DNA of 64,000 bases from Fidelibacterota bacterium. Lineage in GTDB: Bacteria; Fidelibacterota; JAANXI01. The notes below the pieces were generated by a model. The model was not told the DNA's origin and ran no database searches. It saw nothing but the letters and a program-made list of their open reading frames with translations. Positions 17,880 to 28,438 of this stretch are shown here, piece by piece. A program made the translations under genes and the position numbers. The stretch spans positions 2,112 to 66,111 of the forward strand of contig JAIPJS010000005.1 in NCBI GenBank assembly GCA_021734025.1, written 5' to 3'. How positions within the stretch are numbered: the first letter of the stretch is position 1; each line of letters opens with the position of its first letter.

Positions 17880-18734
17880 TCACACTAACCGTCGCCCGGT
17901 CGTCTTTATAAAAACATCCTCCAGTGACGCCTCCTGGGTATGGATGGTCTCGACCTGGTTTTTGCGTAGTATATTAAGGAATTCGGCGTTTTCTCCCAGC
18001 GAATCGATAGGAAAATCCCTTGTTTCGGTTTGACCCTTTAATTGATATTCGACCCGGACGAGTTTCTTGCCGTCCCGGAGTTTCAGTTCCCGGGGCGAAT
18101 CACACAGGACGAGTTCGCCGTCCACAATAAAGGCTACCCGGTCGCAGAGTTCGTCGGCCACGTGCATGTTGTGCGTGGTGAGGAAGACTGTGACACCTTC
18201 GTCCCGTTTTTTCAACACGATGTCCCGGATTTTTCTGGCATTCACCGGGTCCAGTCCGGCAGTCGGTTCATCCAGGAAGACCAATTTTGGATTGTTCAGG
18301 AACGCCCGGCAAAAGTTCAGGCGCATCTTCATTCCCTTGGAGAAATTACCAACCCGGGTGTTTGCATCCCCCGAAAGCCCGACCATCTCCAACAGTTCAC
18401 CGGGATTAGCCGTATTATCCTTATAGAGCGCGGCAAAATAGTCCAGATTTTCCATGGCGGTGAACTTGGAGTAAAAGTTCGGGAATTCGAACGCCACGCC
18501 GACCTGCTCGTAAAAATCCGGTGAAATGTTGCTCAGTTCCTGTCCCAGCACTTGCACTGAACCGGCGTACCGTTTCAGGATCCCGATGAGGACGCTCTGG
18601 GTGGTACTCTTTCCTGCGCCGCTGGGACCGAGAAAGCCAAGAATTTCGCCGTCATTAACTGAAAAGTTGAGTGTGTCGAGGGTAAATCGTTCGTTTCCGG
18701 GATAGGAAAATGTCAGGTCACGGACAGTAATCAT
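17880..18734 (-). CDS. ABC exporter ATP-binding protein
   Basis: Walker A GPSGAGKST, signature FSKGM, Walker B VFLDEP, H-loop TTH. Confidence 0.95.
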   Translation of the reverse strand: MITVRDLTFSYPGNERFTLDTLNFSVNDGEILGFLGPSGAGKSTTQSVLIGILKRYAGSVQVLGQELSNISPDFYEQVGVAFEFPNFYSKFTAMENLDYFAALYKDNTANPGELLEMVGLSGDANTRVGNFSKGMKMRLNFCRAFLNNPKLVFLDEPTAGLDPVNARKIRDIVLKKRDEGVTVFLTTHNMHVADELCDRVAFIVDGELVLCDSPRELKLRDGKKLVRVEYQLKGQTETRDFPIDSLGENAEFLNILRKNQVETIHTQEASLEDVFIKTTGRRLV

Positions 18735-19342
18735 TAGGGGCGTTCCTCCGGGATCAGCTGATTCGCGATGCTCTCTGCCAGCAATTCCACGGTATCATCG
18801 AAATAGTCGTCACCGATTTCGTTTCGGTGAAGGATCATGAGAAACAGGGCGCGGATGGCGCTGGTGATGATCTCCGGGTCACGCCGGATCATCTGTCCGG
18901 CATCCTGCCACTGGTGAATCAGCGGCGTGAGCTCGGAGATATCTTCGGACGTGTGTTGGTCGAGGTATTCCTGCGGGAGTTTTCGTGCCAGGTATCGGTA
19001 CTCGTCCTCCAGGTACATCCGGCGGATAATCGGATTTTTGCCGATGAGCCGAAACGCCTCTAGCAGGAAATCGCGAAACGTGGGTGCAGAGAATTCCTTC
19101 CCGGAGAGCTGCATCAACACCTTGCCCTTGAGTTTCTTTTCTTCCCGCCGGAAGATTTCAAAGTAGAGTACCTCTTTCGATTCAAAAAACGAATAAAACG
19201 ATCCCTTGGCAATCCCGACTGCTTCCGTGAGATCCTCCACGGTGGTCTTTTTCAGCCCGAAGGTGCTGAATAGATCTTCACCCGTCTGAAGCAGCGCGTT
19301 TTTGATCTCCGTTTTTTCCTCAGAACTGAACGATTTTGGCAT
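18734..19342 (-). CDS. TetR/AcrR family regulator
   Basis: GLKKTTVEDLTEAVGIAKGSFYSFFESKE HTH. Confidence 0.95.
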   Translation of the reverse strand: MPKSFSSEEKTEIKNALLQTGEDLFSTFGLKKTTVEDLTEAVGIAKGSFYSFFESKEVLYFEIFRREEKKLKGKVLMQLSGKEFSAPTFRDFLLEAFRLIGKNPIIRRMYLEDEYRYLARKLPQEYLDQHTSEDISELTPLIHQWQDAGQMIRRDPEIITSAIRALFLMILHRNEIGDDYFDDTVELLAESIANQLIPEERP

Positions 19343-19364
19343 CTCTGGCAGCCTTAAATGTTTT

Positions 19365-19457
19365 TGTGACTATTTTATTCATTTGGTCACACAATATTTA
19401 CAACCCGGAAATCTTATTGTCAAGCGCTTTTGTGACTGAAAAAATTATTTGGTCATA
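19365..19457 (-). promoter_or_regulatory. Two candidate TetR operators flanking a -35 box
   Basis: TGTGAC-N15-GTCACA (19365-19391) and TGTGAC-N15-GTCATA (19431-19457), with minus-strand TTGACA at 19418-19423 between them. Confidence 0.75.
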
Positions 19458-19530
19458 AAGAGTATTGCGTATTGCGTATGACGTATAAAATGATACAGGA
19501 GTGAGATTTACGCAATACATCATACGCAAT

Positions 19531-19571
19531 AAAAAAACAAAACCCCGCCGCCAATTCCCTGGCGACGGGGT
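19531..19571 (-). terminator. Rho-independent terminator
   Basis: Minus strand ACCCCGTCGCCA-loop-TGGCGGCGGGGT followed by a T-rich tail, downstream of the 19601-20119 gene. Confidence 0.75.
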
Positions 19572-19600
19572 ATGATTAACCCTGGTCTCTTTATCCGGCG

Positions 19601-20119
19601 TTACGCCGTTTTGCCAATATATTGGACGGCCAGCTGTATGCCGCGGTCTCCATTCCAGAGCTGTATTACGATTTCTGTCTCTTCGGTTTGCCAAGACGTT
19701 TGTAACTGTACCTCGCCGTTTTCCAGCCCCTCAGCCGGTTTGTCCTGATATTGCTCTGCCTGGACAAGTGTGGTGTCAACCTCGGGGGAACCGTAGTCTT
19801 CCCTCATGGTGGACTCCAATGATTCGAAATACTCGACAAACTGCGAGCCACTTTCAAATCCGGCATTGAGGATATATTGACCCTGGTTCAGCGTATTATT
19901 TTGGCCTTCGAACTGATAGACCACGTACACCTGTTCGCCTGCCAAATCGTCGGAATAGTACAGAACGTTGGCCTTTTCCTGGAGGAGCTGGTTATCTTCT
20001 GCTGATTTTACCTCAGATTTGGTCATGCCCCAGGATGTACTCCGGAAATCCGTGTCCTGTGCTATCAATGGCGAAACACCAATTAATAACATTAATACAA
20101 GTGCGGCAAATTTACGCAT
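19601..20119 (-). CDS. Exported hypothetical protein
   Basis: Sec signal, RBS AAGGAGG, FRSTSWGMTKSEVK motif. Confidence 0.8.
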   Translation of the reverse strand: MRKFAALVLMLLIGVSPLIAQDTDFRSTSWGMTKSEVKSAEDNQLLQEKANVLYYSDDLAGEQVYVVYQFEGQNNTLNQGQYILNAGFESGSQFVEYFESLESTMREDYGSPEVDTTLVQAEQYQDKPAEGLENGEVQLQTSWQTEETEIVIQLWNGDRGIQLAVQYIGKTA

Positions 20120-20416
20120 CTCGCGCCTCCTTTGGCTTTAATGAATCTCCTGTGTAAAAGGCTCAAATCTTTGCACAAAAAAAGAAAATATGTGTACGGA
20201 TTACCGCGGAATCACCTCCCTGAAATTCTTTCTGCTTACTAGCTACGAATTATGGGCGGTAATCGCAAGGAATGCCCATTGGAACCGCGCCTGGGCGACG
20301 ATTTCAGTTGTTTCACCCTGCGCGCTAGTCTATATTATTTTTGCTTCTTTCAGGTTATTCTCAGAACTATTACGTTCACATTGCTGTTTGTCAATCGAAC
20401 TCCGAAGCGGATTGAT

Positions 20417-21184
20417 ATGATGCGGGTTTTACGAACGTTTATTGTACTCTTTATAACAACCGGAGCCGTCTTATCCCAGGAAACCATTCCCCTCCCTGCC
20501 GGGATTACCGCCGGCCTGGGAATCGGAAACTTTGGTGTGACAGACCAGTACATCTCTGCAGCGAAATATGCCGGCCTGACCAACAATTTCTATACAAGAT
20601 GGGATAAAGATCATCAGAATTCCCACACGCGGATCGCATTCGGTTACCAGTACGGTGAAAAGATCGCCAATCACAATGTTTCGGCGCAGGTACGCCAGTT
20701 CTCGCTCCGCCGTGCAAATCTGTATCCGGTTGCCACAGAATCGTTATTTTCCAGAGATGTTGCTTTCTATTTAGGACCGTCGACGGAGTCATTTATCCAT
20801 CTCAGACGCCAGCAGATTGCCAGCGGCGGCGCTGCATTCCGGACGTCCTACTCGTTTGCCGCCTTGTTTTCTCTGGGAATAAACGGAGAGTTGGTAACTC
20901 CACTTTCCGAGAAAACCGGTCTCCGGCTGGGCAGTAATCTGAGCTTGCTCTCTGCGGGACTCCGTATCATAGATTTGACGGGCGAATCCAACGATTCACC
21001 GCTCAAACTCCTGATTCCGTTCACCGGGATGACATTCTCCGCAAATGTGTCCATTGATTACCGGCTCCATCGCCGGGTCGCTCTATCCACCGGTTATGAC
21101 CTGTTTGTCAGCCGGATTACCGCCTGGGAAAATTTTCTGGTTGCGAGCGACAATCTTTTCATCTCGCTGAGGTTTTTTCTGTGA
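20417..21184 (+). CDS. Probable outer-membrane beta-barrel protein paired with an S41 peptidase
   Basis: Start reassigned to MMRVL. Signal peptide, amphipathic strands, C-terminal LFISLRFFL; GTGA overlap with the next gene. Confidence 0.7.
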   Translation: MMRVLRTFIVLFITTGAVLSQETIPLPAGITAGLGIGNFGVTDQYISAAKYAGLTNNFYTRWDKDHQNSHTRIAFGYQYGEKIANHNVSAQVRQFSLRRANLYPVATESLFSRDVAFYLGPSTESFIHLRRQQIASGGAAFRTSYSFAALFSLGINGELVTPLSEKTGLRLGSNLSLLSAGLRIIDLTGESNDSPLKLLIPFTGMTFSANVSIDYRLHRRVALSTGYDLFVSRITAWENFLVASDNLFISLRFFL

Positions 21185-22194
21185 AGAAACGGCTTTATAT
21201 CATCAGTTTTTTCAGTATTACTCTGGTGACGCTGAGTTGCCAAAATCTTCTGGTGGAGCCTGCTTCTCAAAACGATAACATGGAAGACTTCATTACGGTC
21301 TGGCACACTGTGAATACGGTCTATCCGCTGTTGGAATTTAAAAACATCGACTGGGACAGTATTTACACCGCGTATCTTCCGCGTGCCGAGGCGGCCCGGG
21401 GTGACGAAATGTATCCCCTGTTAACCGACCTGCTCGGCGAACTGCACGATGGCCACGCCTCGTTGATCACTAACGGCGGATGGCCCATCTCAACGTGGGA
21501 ATCCCCTAGGTTGCAACGCGATCGTCACGCCTTCAGTCCGCTGGTTGTCCGGAACTATTTTTCACATCCCCTGGAAATCGCCGGCCAGGGTAATCTGGAG
21601 TACGAATACATGACGCCGGACATCGGGTACATTTATATTTCCACATTTACCGAGGGAGACTGGAAACGTGCATTTGACCAAATACTGCGATATTTCGGTG
21701 ACTCGAAAGGACTAATATTAGATGTGCGAAATAACAGCGGAGGCCACGGATCCACATTCTACTATTTACTGGCAAAGTTTCTGACATCCCCGGTAACTGT
21801 GACCGATTTTTCCAGAACCCTCACCAGAAAGACGACCATATCTCCAAGCACCGAAAATCAATACACCAAACCTGTGGTTATACTGTTGAACGGAACAAGC
21901 GCCAGCGCTGCCGAGATTTTTCCGGCGCTCATGCATGATGAGCAGGCGGTGACGCTAATCGGTGATACCACAGCTGGGTTGGGGGGGAATATCTACGAAT
22001 TTGACCTGCCGTCCGGTAAAAGAGCACGGATTATCAACCGCTATTTTACCAGTTATGATGGCACTGTCATCGAATGGAATGGCGTCGTACCGGATATTCG
22101 CGTTGAGCAAACGCCTGCGGACTTACAGCAGGGCGCGGATTATCAACTTGAATTTGCCAGAGATTATTTGAGTGGGTTACCGAGCGGAAGATAA
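21181..22194 (+). CDS. S41 family peptidase lipoprotein
   Basis: Lipobox TLSC; LHDGH, LILDVRNNSGG, TSASAAEIF, IGDTTAG and GVVPD. Confidence 0.92.
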   Translation: MKKRLYIISFFSITLVTLSCQNLLVEPASQNDNMEDFITVWHTVNTVYPLLEFKNIDWDSIYTAYLPRAEAARGDEMYPLLTDLLGELHDGHASLITNGGWPISTWESPRLQRDRHAFSPLVVRNYFSHPLEIAGQGNLEYEYMTPDIGYIYISTFTEGDWKRAFDQILRYFGDSKGLILDVRNNSGGHGSTFYYLLAKFLTSPVTVTDFSRTLTRKTTISPSTENQYTKPVVILLNGTSASAAEIFPALMHDEQAVTLIGDTTAGLGGNIYEFDLPSGKRARIINRYFTSYDGTVIEWNGVVPDIRVEQTPADLQQGADYQLEFARDYLSGLPSGR

Positions 22195-22315
22195 AACGCC
22201 TGATATGGTCCTTTGCGGGTCAAGTGGTGAACCGATACATTTTGATATTTCCGGATCTTGATTCATATTTACTTAAGTGTGTTATATTATTGAAAAAGAT
22301 AAAAGGAGCGCGTTG

Positions 22316-22774
22316 GTGATACGAGTCCAATATGAGACGATAATTGACCGCTCCCTCACCGATGTGTTTGATCGCCTAATCGACATAAACGGTTACCCGG
22401 ACTGGCTGCCGAAATCCAAAGTGTTTTTGCATTGTCGCAAGACATCGGAAGGGCCGATCGGAAAAGGAACCACATTTATCGATGAAACCAGAGTGGGAAC
22501 CTATACAGGTGAAGTTCTGGAATTTGAGCGTCCCACCAAAATCACCTTTCGGAATGAACTGCGCTGGTTCGGTCTCAGGGTGATGGAAACCTATCCTGCC
22601 TACGAACTGGAGTCAGTGGAAGACGGAACCAGAGTACGTCACCATGCCGAAGGAAAAATGTTCGGCCTCTTCAAACTCATGCAGCCATACGTGGCCATGC
22701 GCGCGAAAGAAGAGCGGATACGGACGGTGGAAATGCTGAAAAAATCGTTAGAAGCGGAAGCCGCCTCGCAATGA
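22316..22774 (+). CDS. SRPBCC (polyketide cyclase/dehydrase) family protein
   Basis: GTG after AAGGAG; VFDRLIDINGYPDWLP, GPIGKGT and DGTRV. Confidence 0.85.
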   Translation: MIRVQYETIIDRSLTDVFDRLIDINGYPDWLPKSKVFLHCRKTSEGPIGKGTTFIDETRVGTYTGEVLEFERPTKITFRNELRWFGLRVMETYPAYELESVEDGTRVRHHAEGKMFGLFKLMQPYVAMRAKEERIRTVEMLKKSLEAEAASQ

Positions 22775-22791
22775 GATTGCGAGGCTTTTTT
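22763..22791 (+). terminator. Rho-independent terminator
   Basis: GCCTCGCAAT-gag-ATTGCGAGGC followed by TTTTTT. Confidence 0.8.
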
Positions 22792-23004
22792 GGATTTGAT
22801 TTACGCAATCGATTAGCCTTGAAATCTAATTTCAAGGCATGCTCATCCCCACATTCCGGTACTCTTCAAATGGGGCTAATTCGGATTAATGTCGATCCTC
22901 AAATAAATTGAGGGTTAATACGCAGTAAGCAATATTTACCAAATAGAGTAAGATTATGATTAAGATTCAGAAACGCCAAAAACACCTGGTTTCCCACAGT
23001 ATCC

Positions 23005-23667
23005 CTATCGTTTTAACGCCAGCGTCAACCCGTCGCTCAGCGGGAGCATGCTGAGATCGATGCGGTCGTCCTGGTGCAGTTTCTCGTTTAATGCGCGCAT
23101 GGCGACGGTGTTTTCGTCGTCGGAGTTTTCGTTGAGGACTCGCCCCCGACGTAGCACGTTGTCGAATATAATCAGTCCGCCGGGTCGCAGCAGCTGCAGG
23201 CACTGCTCATAATACGTATCGTATCCGGTCTTGTCTGCGTCGATGAAGGCGAAGTCATAGCGGCCTTCTTCACCGGATTCTATCAGCTTTTGCAAAGTCT
23301 CGTCTGCCGGCGCGATACGAAGGTCGATCTTCTCTGCGACGCCAGCTTTTTGCCAATACTCCTGTGCCATCCTTGTCCACTCTTCACTCACATCACAGGC
23401 GACGACCGTGCCGTCCTCCGGCAGCGCCATGGCTGTCCAGAGTGCGGAGTATCCGGTAAACGTGCCAATTTCCAGCGTGCGTTTTGCGCCCATTAATTTT
23501 ACCAGCAAATACATAAACTGGCCCTGCTCCGGGGAGATCTGCATCCGGGCCATTTCCATTGTGCCGGTTTCTTCGCGGAGATCTCTGAATACCTCCGGTT
23601 CGCGGAGGGTGACGGATAACAGATAATCGTGTAAATCTGGCGTAAGATTTATAGTTGAGCGGGACAT
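23005..23667 (-). CDS. Class I SAM-dependent O-methyltransferase (caffeoyl-CoA OMT family)
   Basis: MQISPEQG, LEIGTFTGYS, FAFIDADK, LRPGG and DNVL. Confidence 0.93.
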   Translation of the reverse strand: MSRSTINLTPDLHDYLLSVTLREPEVFRDLREETGTMEMARMQISPEQGQFMYLLVKLMGAKRTLEIGTFTGYSALWTAMALPEDGTVVACDVSEEWTRMAQEYWQKAGVAEKIDLRIAPADETLQKLIESGEEGRYDFAFIDADKTGYDTYYEQCLQLLRPGGLIIFDNVLRRGRVLNENSDDENTVAMRALNEKLHQDDRIDLSMLPLSDGLTLALKR

Positions 23668-23759
23668 TGGGGCTCCTTTTCATTCAAATAATTCAAGACA
23701 GCAATAAGTTTCTTGAACTTCGGCATTTTGAGGAATTTTATCTACCGGCATTCTTTCTT

Positions 23760-24252
23760 CTTTTGCCTTGATACAAAAGTGGAGAAAAAATCAAGGCTGC
23801 CAAATTAATTTCGGTATCGGCAGCAACGCCCTCCTTACCAGAACCAGAAACTCGTCCGGCAACTGCCGGACTCAAACAGCTGGTTCTGGCTTCACGTCGG
23901 ACGTTGGCCGACAGAGCGAAATTAATTTGAAGGCCGAAACTCAAAAGCAAAGAGATTCGTTTTTCGGTCTCGCCATTCCTTAAGTACGAACGACTGGTGC
24001 GATGAGGACAGGATAATTCGGCTGTCTGACGGAGTGGAGCGACGGAGTTCCGAATTATCCCCGAATCGCAGCGTAGTTGTTCTAGAAAGGAATGGCATAA
24101 CCGGATTTTTGCAGCACTTTTTCTAAAAAAGTGCGGAAGAAAAAGAAAGTTTATCTTTCGACATAGGTTAGTATTTATCAAAAACATTTACCTATTGTAC
24201 CAGTCACATCAATTTGTTTGTATTCCCCTTTTGCCTTGATATAAAAGTGGAG
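23760..24252 (+). repeat. Structured repeat family A: complete unit, linker and truncated start of the next unit
   Basis: TTTTGCCTTGATACAAAA hairpin + AAAAATCAAGGC; core CAGAACCAG-AAACTC...CTCAAACAG-CTGGTTCTG; second core in opposite orientation (24011-24060); GCACTTTTTCTAAAAAAGTGC end hairpin. Confidence 0.85.
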
Positions 24253-24376
24253 GTCGGAGTAATACCAAACATTTTATGAGGAAAAAAGAACCACGATGGT
24301 CGACCAATTCCGAAATGATTTATTGTGATAAACTTTTCTCCTTTGACAATCTCAGTCGCTGCGGTAGGTTTGCACT

Positions 24377-26104
24377 ATGCCTCTTCCAAATCTCACACTC
24401 ACGAATTTTACCGGGGAAGTATCGTCAACTATCGTTGATAGAGGGCAGGACTATTTTTATCGCGATCTGGTAACTTCGCTTGAGGAATCGCTGGATGGTC
24501 AGTGGGTGGCGCAGGTCAGGGGTACCGCAACATATACCGTCGAAATATCACTTTCCAATGATGTGGTGGCGTCCTGGGCGTGCACCTGTCCTTATGATTA
24601 TGGACCAGTGTGCAAGCACGTGGTTGCAGTATTGATGGAGTTGAAGGAGGGGAAATCTGCGAAAGCCGATCCGGAGCAGAAAAAGCGGTCTACCAGAAAA
24701 TCACCGGAAAGGCGGTTTGATTCACTGGTCGACGACCTGCCGGTGGACGCGCTCCGGAAATTCCTCCGCGATTACGCGCAGTTTCATCCGGAGATGGAAC
24801 GGGAATTCCTGGCAAAATTTACCACTGCGGACGTCCCCGACGCCTGGCGGGATTACGTCGCCGTGATCCGGGAATCGGCGCGGGCAGGCTCCGACCGCCA
24901 TGGATTTATTAAATATTCGAACAGCTTCCGGGTTATGCAGCCGATCCATACGATGATTCAGCAGGCATACGAAAAATTGGAGTCCGCGGAATATCACGCC
25001 GCCTGGCACATCGCCCGCGCCGTAGTGCAGGAAGTGCCGAAACTCATCCAGCGGATGGATGATTCCAGTGGTGACGGCGGTTTTGTGACGAACAACGCCC
25101 TGGAGATCCTCCGGGAAGCCGGCACTGCCACCGAAGATGATGACTTACAGTCGGAGATTTTTCAGTTTTTGCTGAAAGAGTATCCAAAACAGCAGTATTC
25201 CGATTTTGGATTTGATGAGACTATCCTGTCTGTCCTGACAGCACTGATCAGGAATCCCCGGCAGGCTAAGCAGGTGGAGCGGCTCATCAAAGCACAGCTG
25301 GAAGCGGCGGAAAATGCGGAAGATGACTTTGGCTTCGATTACCGGTTTCAGCGAGCGCTGAAACATCAGATCGAATTCCTGGAGCAGACCGGCCGGGAGG
25401 ACGAAGCCGCCGATATTATCGATGCGCATCTGGACATCGAGGAGTTCCGGGAGCGGCGGATTCAGGAAGCATTTGATCAAGAGGATTTCGACACGGCAAA
25501 ATCACTGGTACGGGATGGGATTAAACTTATACGGGAGCAAAAGTATCCGCCTGGATACGAATATCGCTGGGAACAGTGGCTGTTCCGGATTGCCAAAGCG
25601 GAAGAGGACACGGAGAACATTCGTCAATATGCACGGTTCTTTTTCCTCCATCGACGGCAGGATATCTCCTGGTATAAGGAGCTCAGATCGACCTATACCG
25701 ATCAGGAATGGCGCCCAATTCTGGCGGATCTGATTGAGGAGATCCGTTCGAAATCATACTTCCCGGCCCGGGCGCTGGCGGAGGTCTATGCGTATGAACA
25801 TCACTGGGATGATTTGCTGCAATTGTTATCGGAGAACCCGGACCTTTCTCTGCTGAAGGAGTACGGCACTTATCTCAGGGAAGATTTTCCCGAAGACCTC
25901 CTCGCAATATACGGGGAGACCCTGCGCGCCTTTGCGGCGGAGTATACGGGGCGCAAGTATTACCGGGAGATTGTCAGGACGCTGAACAACATCCGGGACA
26001 TCTCCGGTGGCGCCGATTTCGTGCGGAACCTGGTGGCGGAATTCCGGGAAACCTATAATCGCCGCCCGGCGATGCAGGAGGAATTGGATAAGGTAAAGGC
26101 ATAG
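24377..26104 (+). CDS. SWIM zinc-finger protein with helical C-terminal region
   Basis: RGQDYF, AQVRGT and CTCPYDYGPVCKH SWIM motif; C-terminal YNRRPAMQEEL. Confidence 0.92.
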   Translation: MPLPNLTLTNFTGEVSSTIVDRGQDYFYRDLVTSLEESLDGQWVAQVRGTATYTVEISLSNDVVASWACTCPYDYGPVCKHVVAVLMELKEGKSAKADPEQKKRSTRKSPERRFDSLVDDLPVDALRKFLRDYAQFHPEMEREFLAKFTTADVPDAWRDYVAVIRESARAGSDRHGFIKYSNSFRVMQPIHTMIQQAYEKLESAEYHAAWHIARAVVQEVPKLIQRMDDSSGDGGFVTNNALEILREAGTATEDDDLQSEIFQFLLKEYPKQQYSDFGFDETILSVLTALIRNPRQAKQVERLIKAQLEAAENAEDDFGFDYRFQRALKHQIEFLEQTGREDEAADIIDAHLDIEEFRERRIQEAFDQEDFDTAKSLVRDGIKLIREQKYPPGYEYRWEQWLFRIAKAEEDTENIRQYARFFFLHRRQDISWYKELRSTYTDQEWRPILADLIEEIRSKSYFPARALAEVYAYEHHWDDLLQLLSENPDLSLLKEYGTYLREDFPEDLLAIYGETLRAFAAEYTGRKYYREIVRTLNNIRDISGGADFVRNLVAEFRETYNRRPAMQEELDKVKA

Positions 26105-26220
26105 TGAGCCGGCCTACGTCATTGTGACCCTGCCAGGGTCTTTCGTCATCAATTCCTTTGCTCACCACAGCATTGCCCAAATTAAACCCAAGAATACAAG
26201 CAAATTGCCAAAGCAAGTTT

Positions 26221-26786
26221 TTTACGGCATCTGAAATCGTATTGTAGAACTTCTGCCGCGATGTCGGCAGGGAGAATCAGCTGTTTGACCGAGTGAAACG
26301 AGGGAGTTCTGATTCTCCCAGACGAGCGGTGTAGCAGTTCTTAATAGGATTTCAGCAGCCGGATTTTTGCAGCACTTTTTCTAAAAAAGTGCGGAGAAAA
26401 AGAAATTTATCTTCCGATACAGGTTCGGATTTATAAAAAAGGTTAATCTGTTGTACGGTTATGCAATCACATTAATTTAGTTTTAAGCATCCCCGTTTTG
26501 TCTTGATACAAAACGGGGTAAAAAATCAAGGCTGCCACTACAATTTCGGTATCGGCACCCATTCCCTCCGGGCCAGAACCAGAACTCCCTGCGGTCAGAC
26601 AGCTGGTTCTGGCTGTCCTATGGTCATGGGCCGATAGAGCAAAATTGTAGTGGAGGCCGGAGTAAAAAACAACGGTGGCCAAAATTGAAAACGATGCCAA
26701 AACTAAAAAGTGAAGAGAAGCGTTGGTTTTATCGGTCTCGCCACTCCTTTGGTACGAACTACTGGTGCGATGAGGACAGGATAATA
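26221..26786 (+). repeat. Structured repeat family A: right arm, linker, then left arm truncated at the PIN gene
   Basis: Shares GGATTTTTGCAGCACTTTTTCTAAAAAAGTGCGG and AAAAATCAAGGCTGCC...TGGTGCGATGAGGACAGGATAAT with 23760-24136. Confidence 0.85.
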
Positions 26787-27296
26787 TTAATGGCTCCAAT
26801 TCTTTTTAAGATTTTCAAACGCATGCAGCAGTTTTTCATTTCTGCGATAGTATAAATTGTGTTCGAAGACCTGTTCTAACTTTACAATGGCTTCATCTGT
26901 CGTTAGGGTGTTTTCCATTACCATCCGATCAAAAGCCCACAACAACCCATGTGTCTTTATCTTGTGCTTTCTTCCCATTTTACGCAAAACGCCATCGCTG
27001 GTTAGCAGCAATGCACTTTCCTTTTTAGCAAGAAACCAAACTGAGCGGTCGGCAATCGAAAGGGACATGGACAGGTTGAAGGGATCCGTTTCGTCAATAA
27101 AGTTCTCTTCGATTTCAACAATAGTGAGTTTTTCTTTTTCTACCCATGTGGATAAAAATTCACGTTGGTCTTGATCTAACTCCATCCACACCTGATATGA
27201 GGTAATAATATTATGGGGTAATTGGAAAAAGGCATTACAAGCATCGCACAGCAGCAAATCGATAAATATCGAAGCATCTGTGACGGCTAATTTCAT
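26787..27296 (-). CDS. PIN-domain protein
   Basis: AVTDASIFIDL, LSIAD, LLTSDGVLRK and HGLLW. Confidence 0.88.
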   Translation of the reverse strand: MKLAVTDASIFIDLLLCDACNAFFQLPHNIITSYQVWMELDQDQREFLSTWVEKEKLTIVEIEENFIDETDPFNLSMSLSIADRSVWFLAKKESALLLTSDGVLRKMGRKHKIKTHGLLWAFDRMVMENTLTTDEAIVKLEQVFEHNLYYRRNEKLLHAFENLKKNWSH

Positions 27297-28352
27297 CTAT
27301 CCCAGGAGGAAGTTGTGACGGAATTCGTTTATCGGCTGATTCTTCAGTGCTGCGGCCTTCGAAATAGAGATATACTCCTCTGCCAGCGCCTGGCCGATTA
27401 ACTGATCGAATCGGAGAGCCTGTTCCTCTCCGGTGTATTCTGCCAGATCGGACTCATCCTGTCTCAGGTTATTGCTGTTGATAAATTTGTAAAAATCCCG
27501 GTAAGCCCCTTCACTCATAATCTCCAATTCCTTCAGCCGGGTCGCGATGGCTTGTATCGAGATCCCGTACTGTCGTTTCAGTGAAGCAAGTTCCTGTAAA
27601 GAAACTTTCTTCCGCTTTAAACCGAGTTCTGCTTCAACTGCCCGCTTATCCAGCAGCATCGCACCGGCAAAATGATGGCAAAGACTTTCCTGCTTCCGGT
27701 GATTCATGTGGTTAATATTCAAAAGGAGATGTCCGAGCTCGTGCATCGCATTGAACCGGTAGCGGTCAAGTGAACCTTTTTTCTCTTTATTCAGAACGAT
27801 AACCGGGACAGAGTTGTTAATCCAGGAAGAAAAACCATCGATCGAATCGTCGCCACTCAATTCGATTATTTTGATACCCCGATCTTCCAGCAATTCCAGA
27901 ACATTGTAGAGGGGATCGATGCCGAGATTCCATTGATCCCTCAATTGCTGCGCTGCGTTTTCGACATCCTTTTTATTGGTAATATTTTGTTCTTGTAGTG
28001 GATTTTTTACATGTGGCTGGGTACCGAGAATTTTTTCCAGCTCAAGATAGCGTTCCAGGAAATCACGTGCGGTTTCCACAATTCGGTTCTGTTCTTTTTT
28101 CTGGAGCCTTGACAGTTTTCTAAACGAAATCTCCTCGATTTCTACCGCATGATCCCGATAAAAGTAATCCGGTTTCAAATCCAAAGCATCTGCGATGTTT
28201 TGGATCATCACGTTGCCCGGTACGACCTGCCCTTTTTCATACTTGTGCAGCGCCTGCCTGCTGATTCTATTGTCGAGACGATCAGACAAGTCCTGCAACG
28301 AAAATCCCCGCATAAGACGCGCATGTTTTAAACGCTGTGCAAGTTGTGGCAT
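27297..28352 (-). CDS. XRE-family HTH fused to ImmA/IrrE-type zinc metallopeptidase
   Basis: RLKHARLMRGFSLQDL...ISRQALHKYEKG HTH; RFNAMHELGH (HExxH); CHHFAGAML; YGISIQA. Confidence 0.93.
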   Translation of the reverse strand: MPQLAQRLKHARLMRGFSLQDLSDRLDNRISRQALHKYEKGQVVPGNVMIQNIADALDLKPDYFYRDHAVEIEEISFRKLSRLQKKEQNRIVETARDFLERYLELEKILGTQPHVKNPLQEQNITNKKDVENAAQQLRDQWNLGIDPLYNVLELLEDRGIKIIELSGDDSIDGFSSWINNSVPVIVLNKEKKGSLDRYRFNAMHELGHLLLNINHMNHRKQESLCHHFAGAMLLDKRAVEAELGLKRKKVSLQELASLKRQYGISIQAIATRLKELEIMSEGAYRDFYKFINSNNLRQDESDLAEYTGEEQALRFDQLIGQALAEEYISISKAAALKNQPINEFRHNFLLG

Positions 28353-28369
28353 TTTTACCTCCCAATCTT

Positions 28370-28405
28370 GTTGACAAGATAGATTAGTAATAGTAGTTTG
28401 TCAAC
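28370..28405. promoter_or_regulatory. Overlapping divergent sigma70 promoters forming an inverted repeat
   Basis: GTTGACAA-N20-TTGTCAAC. Plus strand TTGACA-17-TAGTTT; minus strand TTGACA-17-TATCTT. Confidence 0.7.
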
Positions 28406-28438
28406 CAAAGAAAGAACAATGTAAGGAGGTGATTAACC

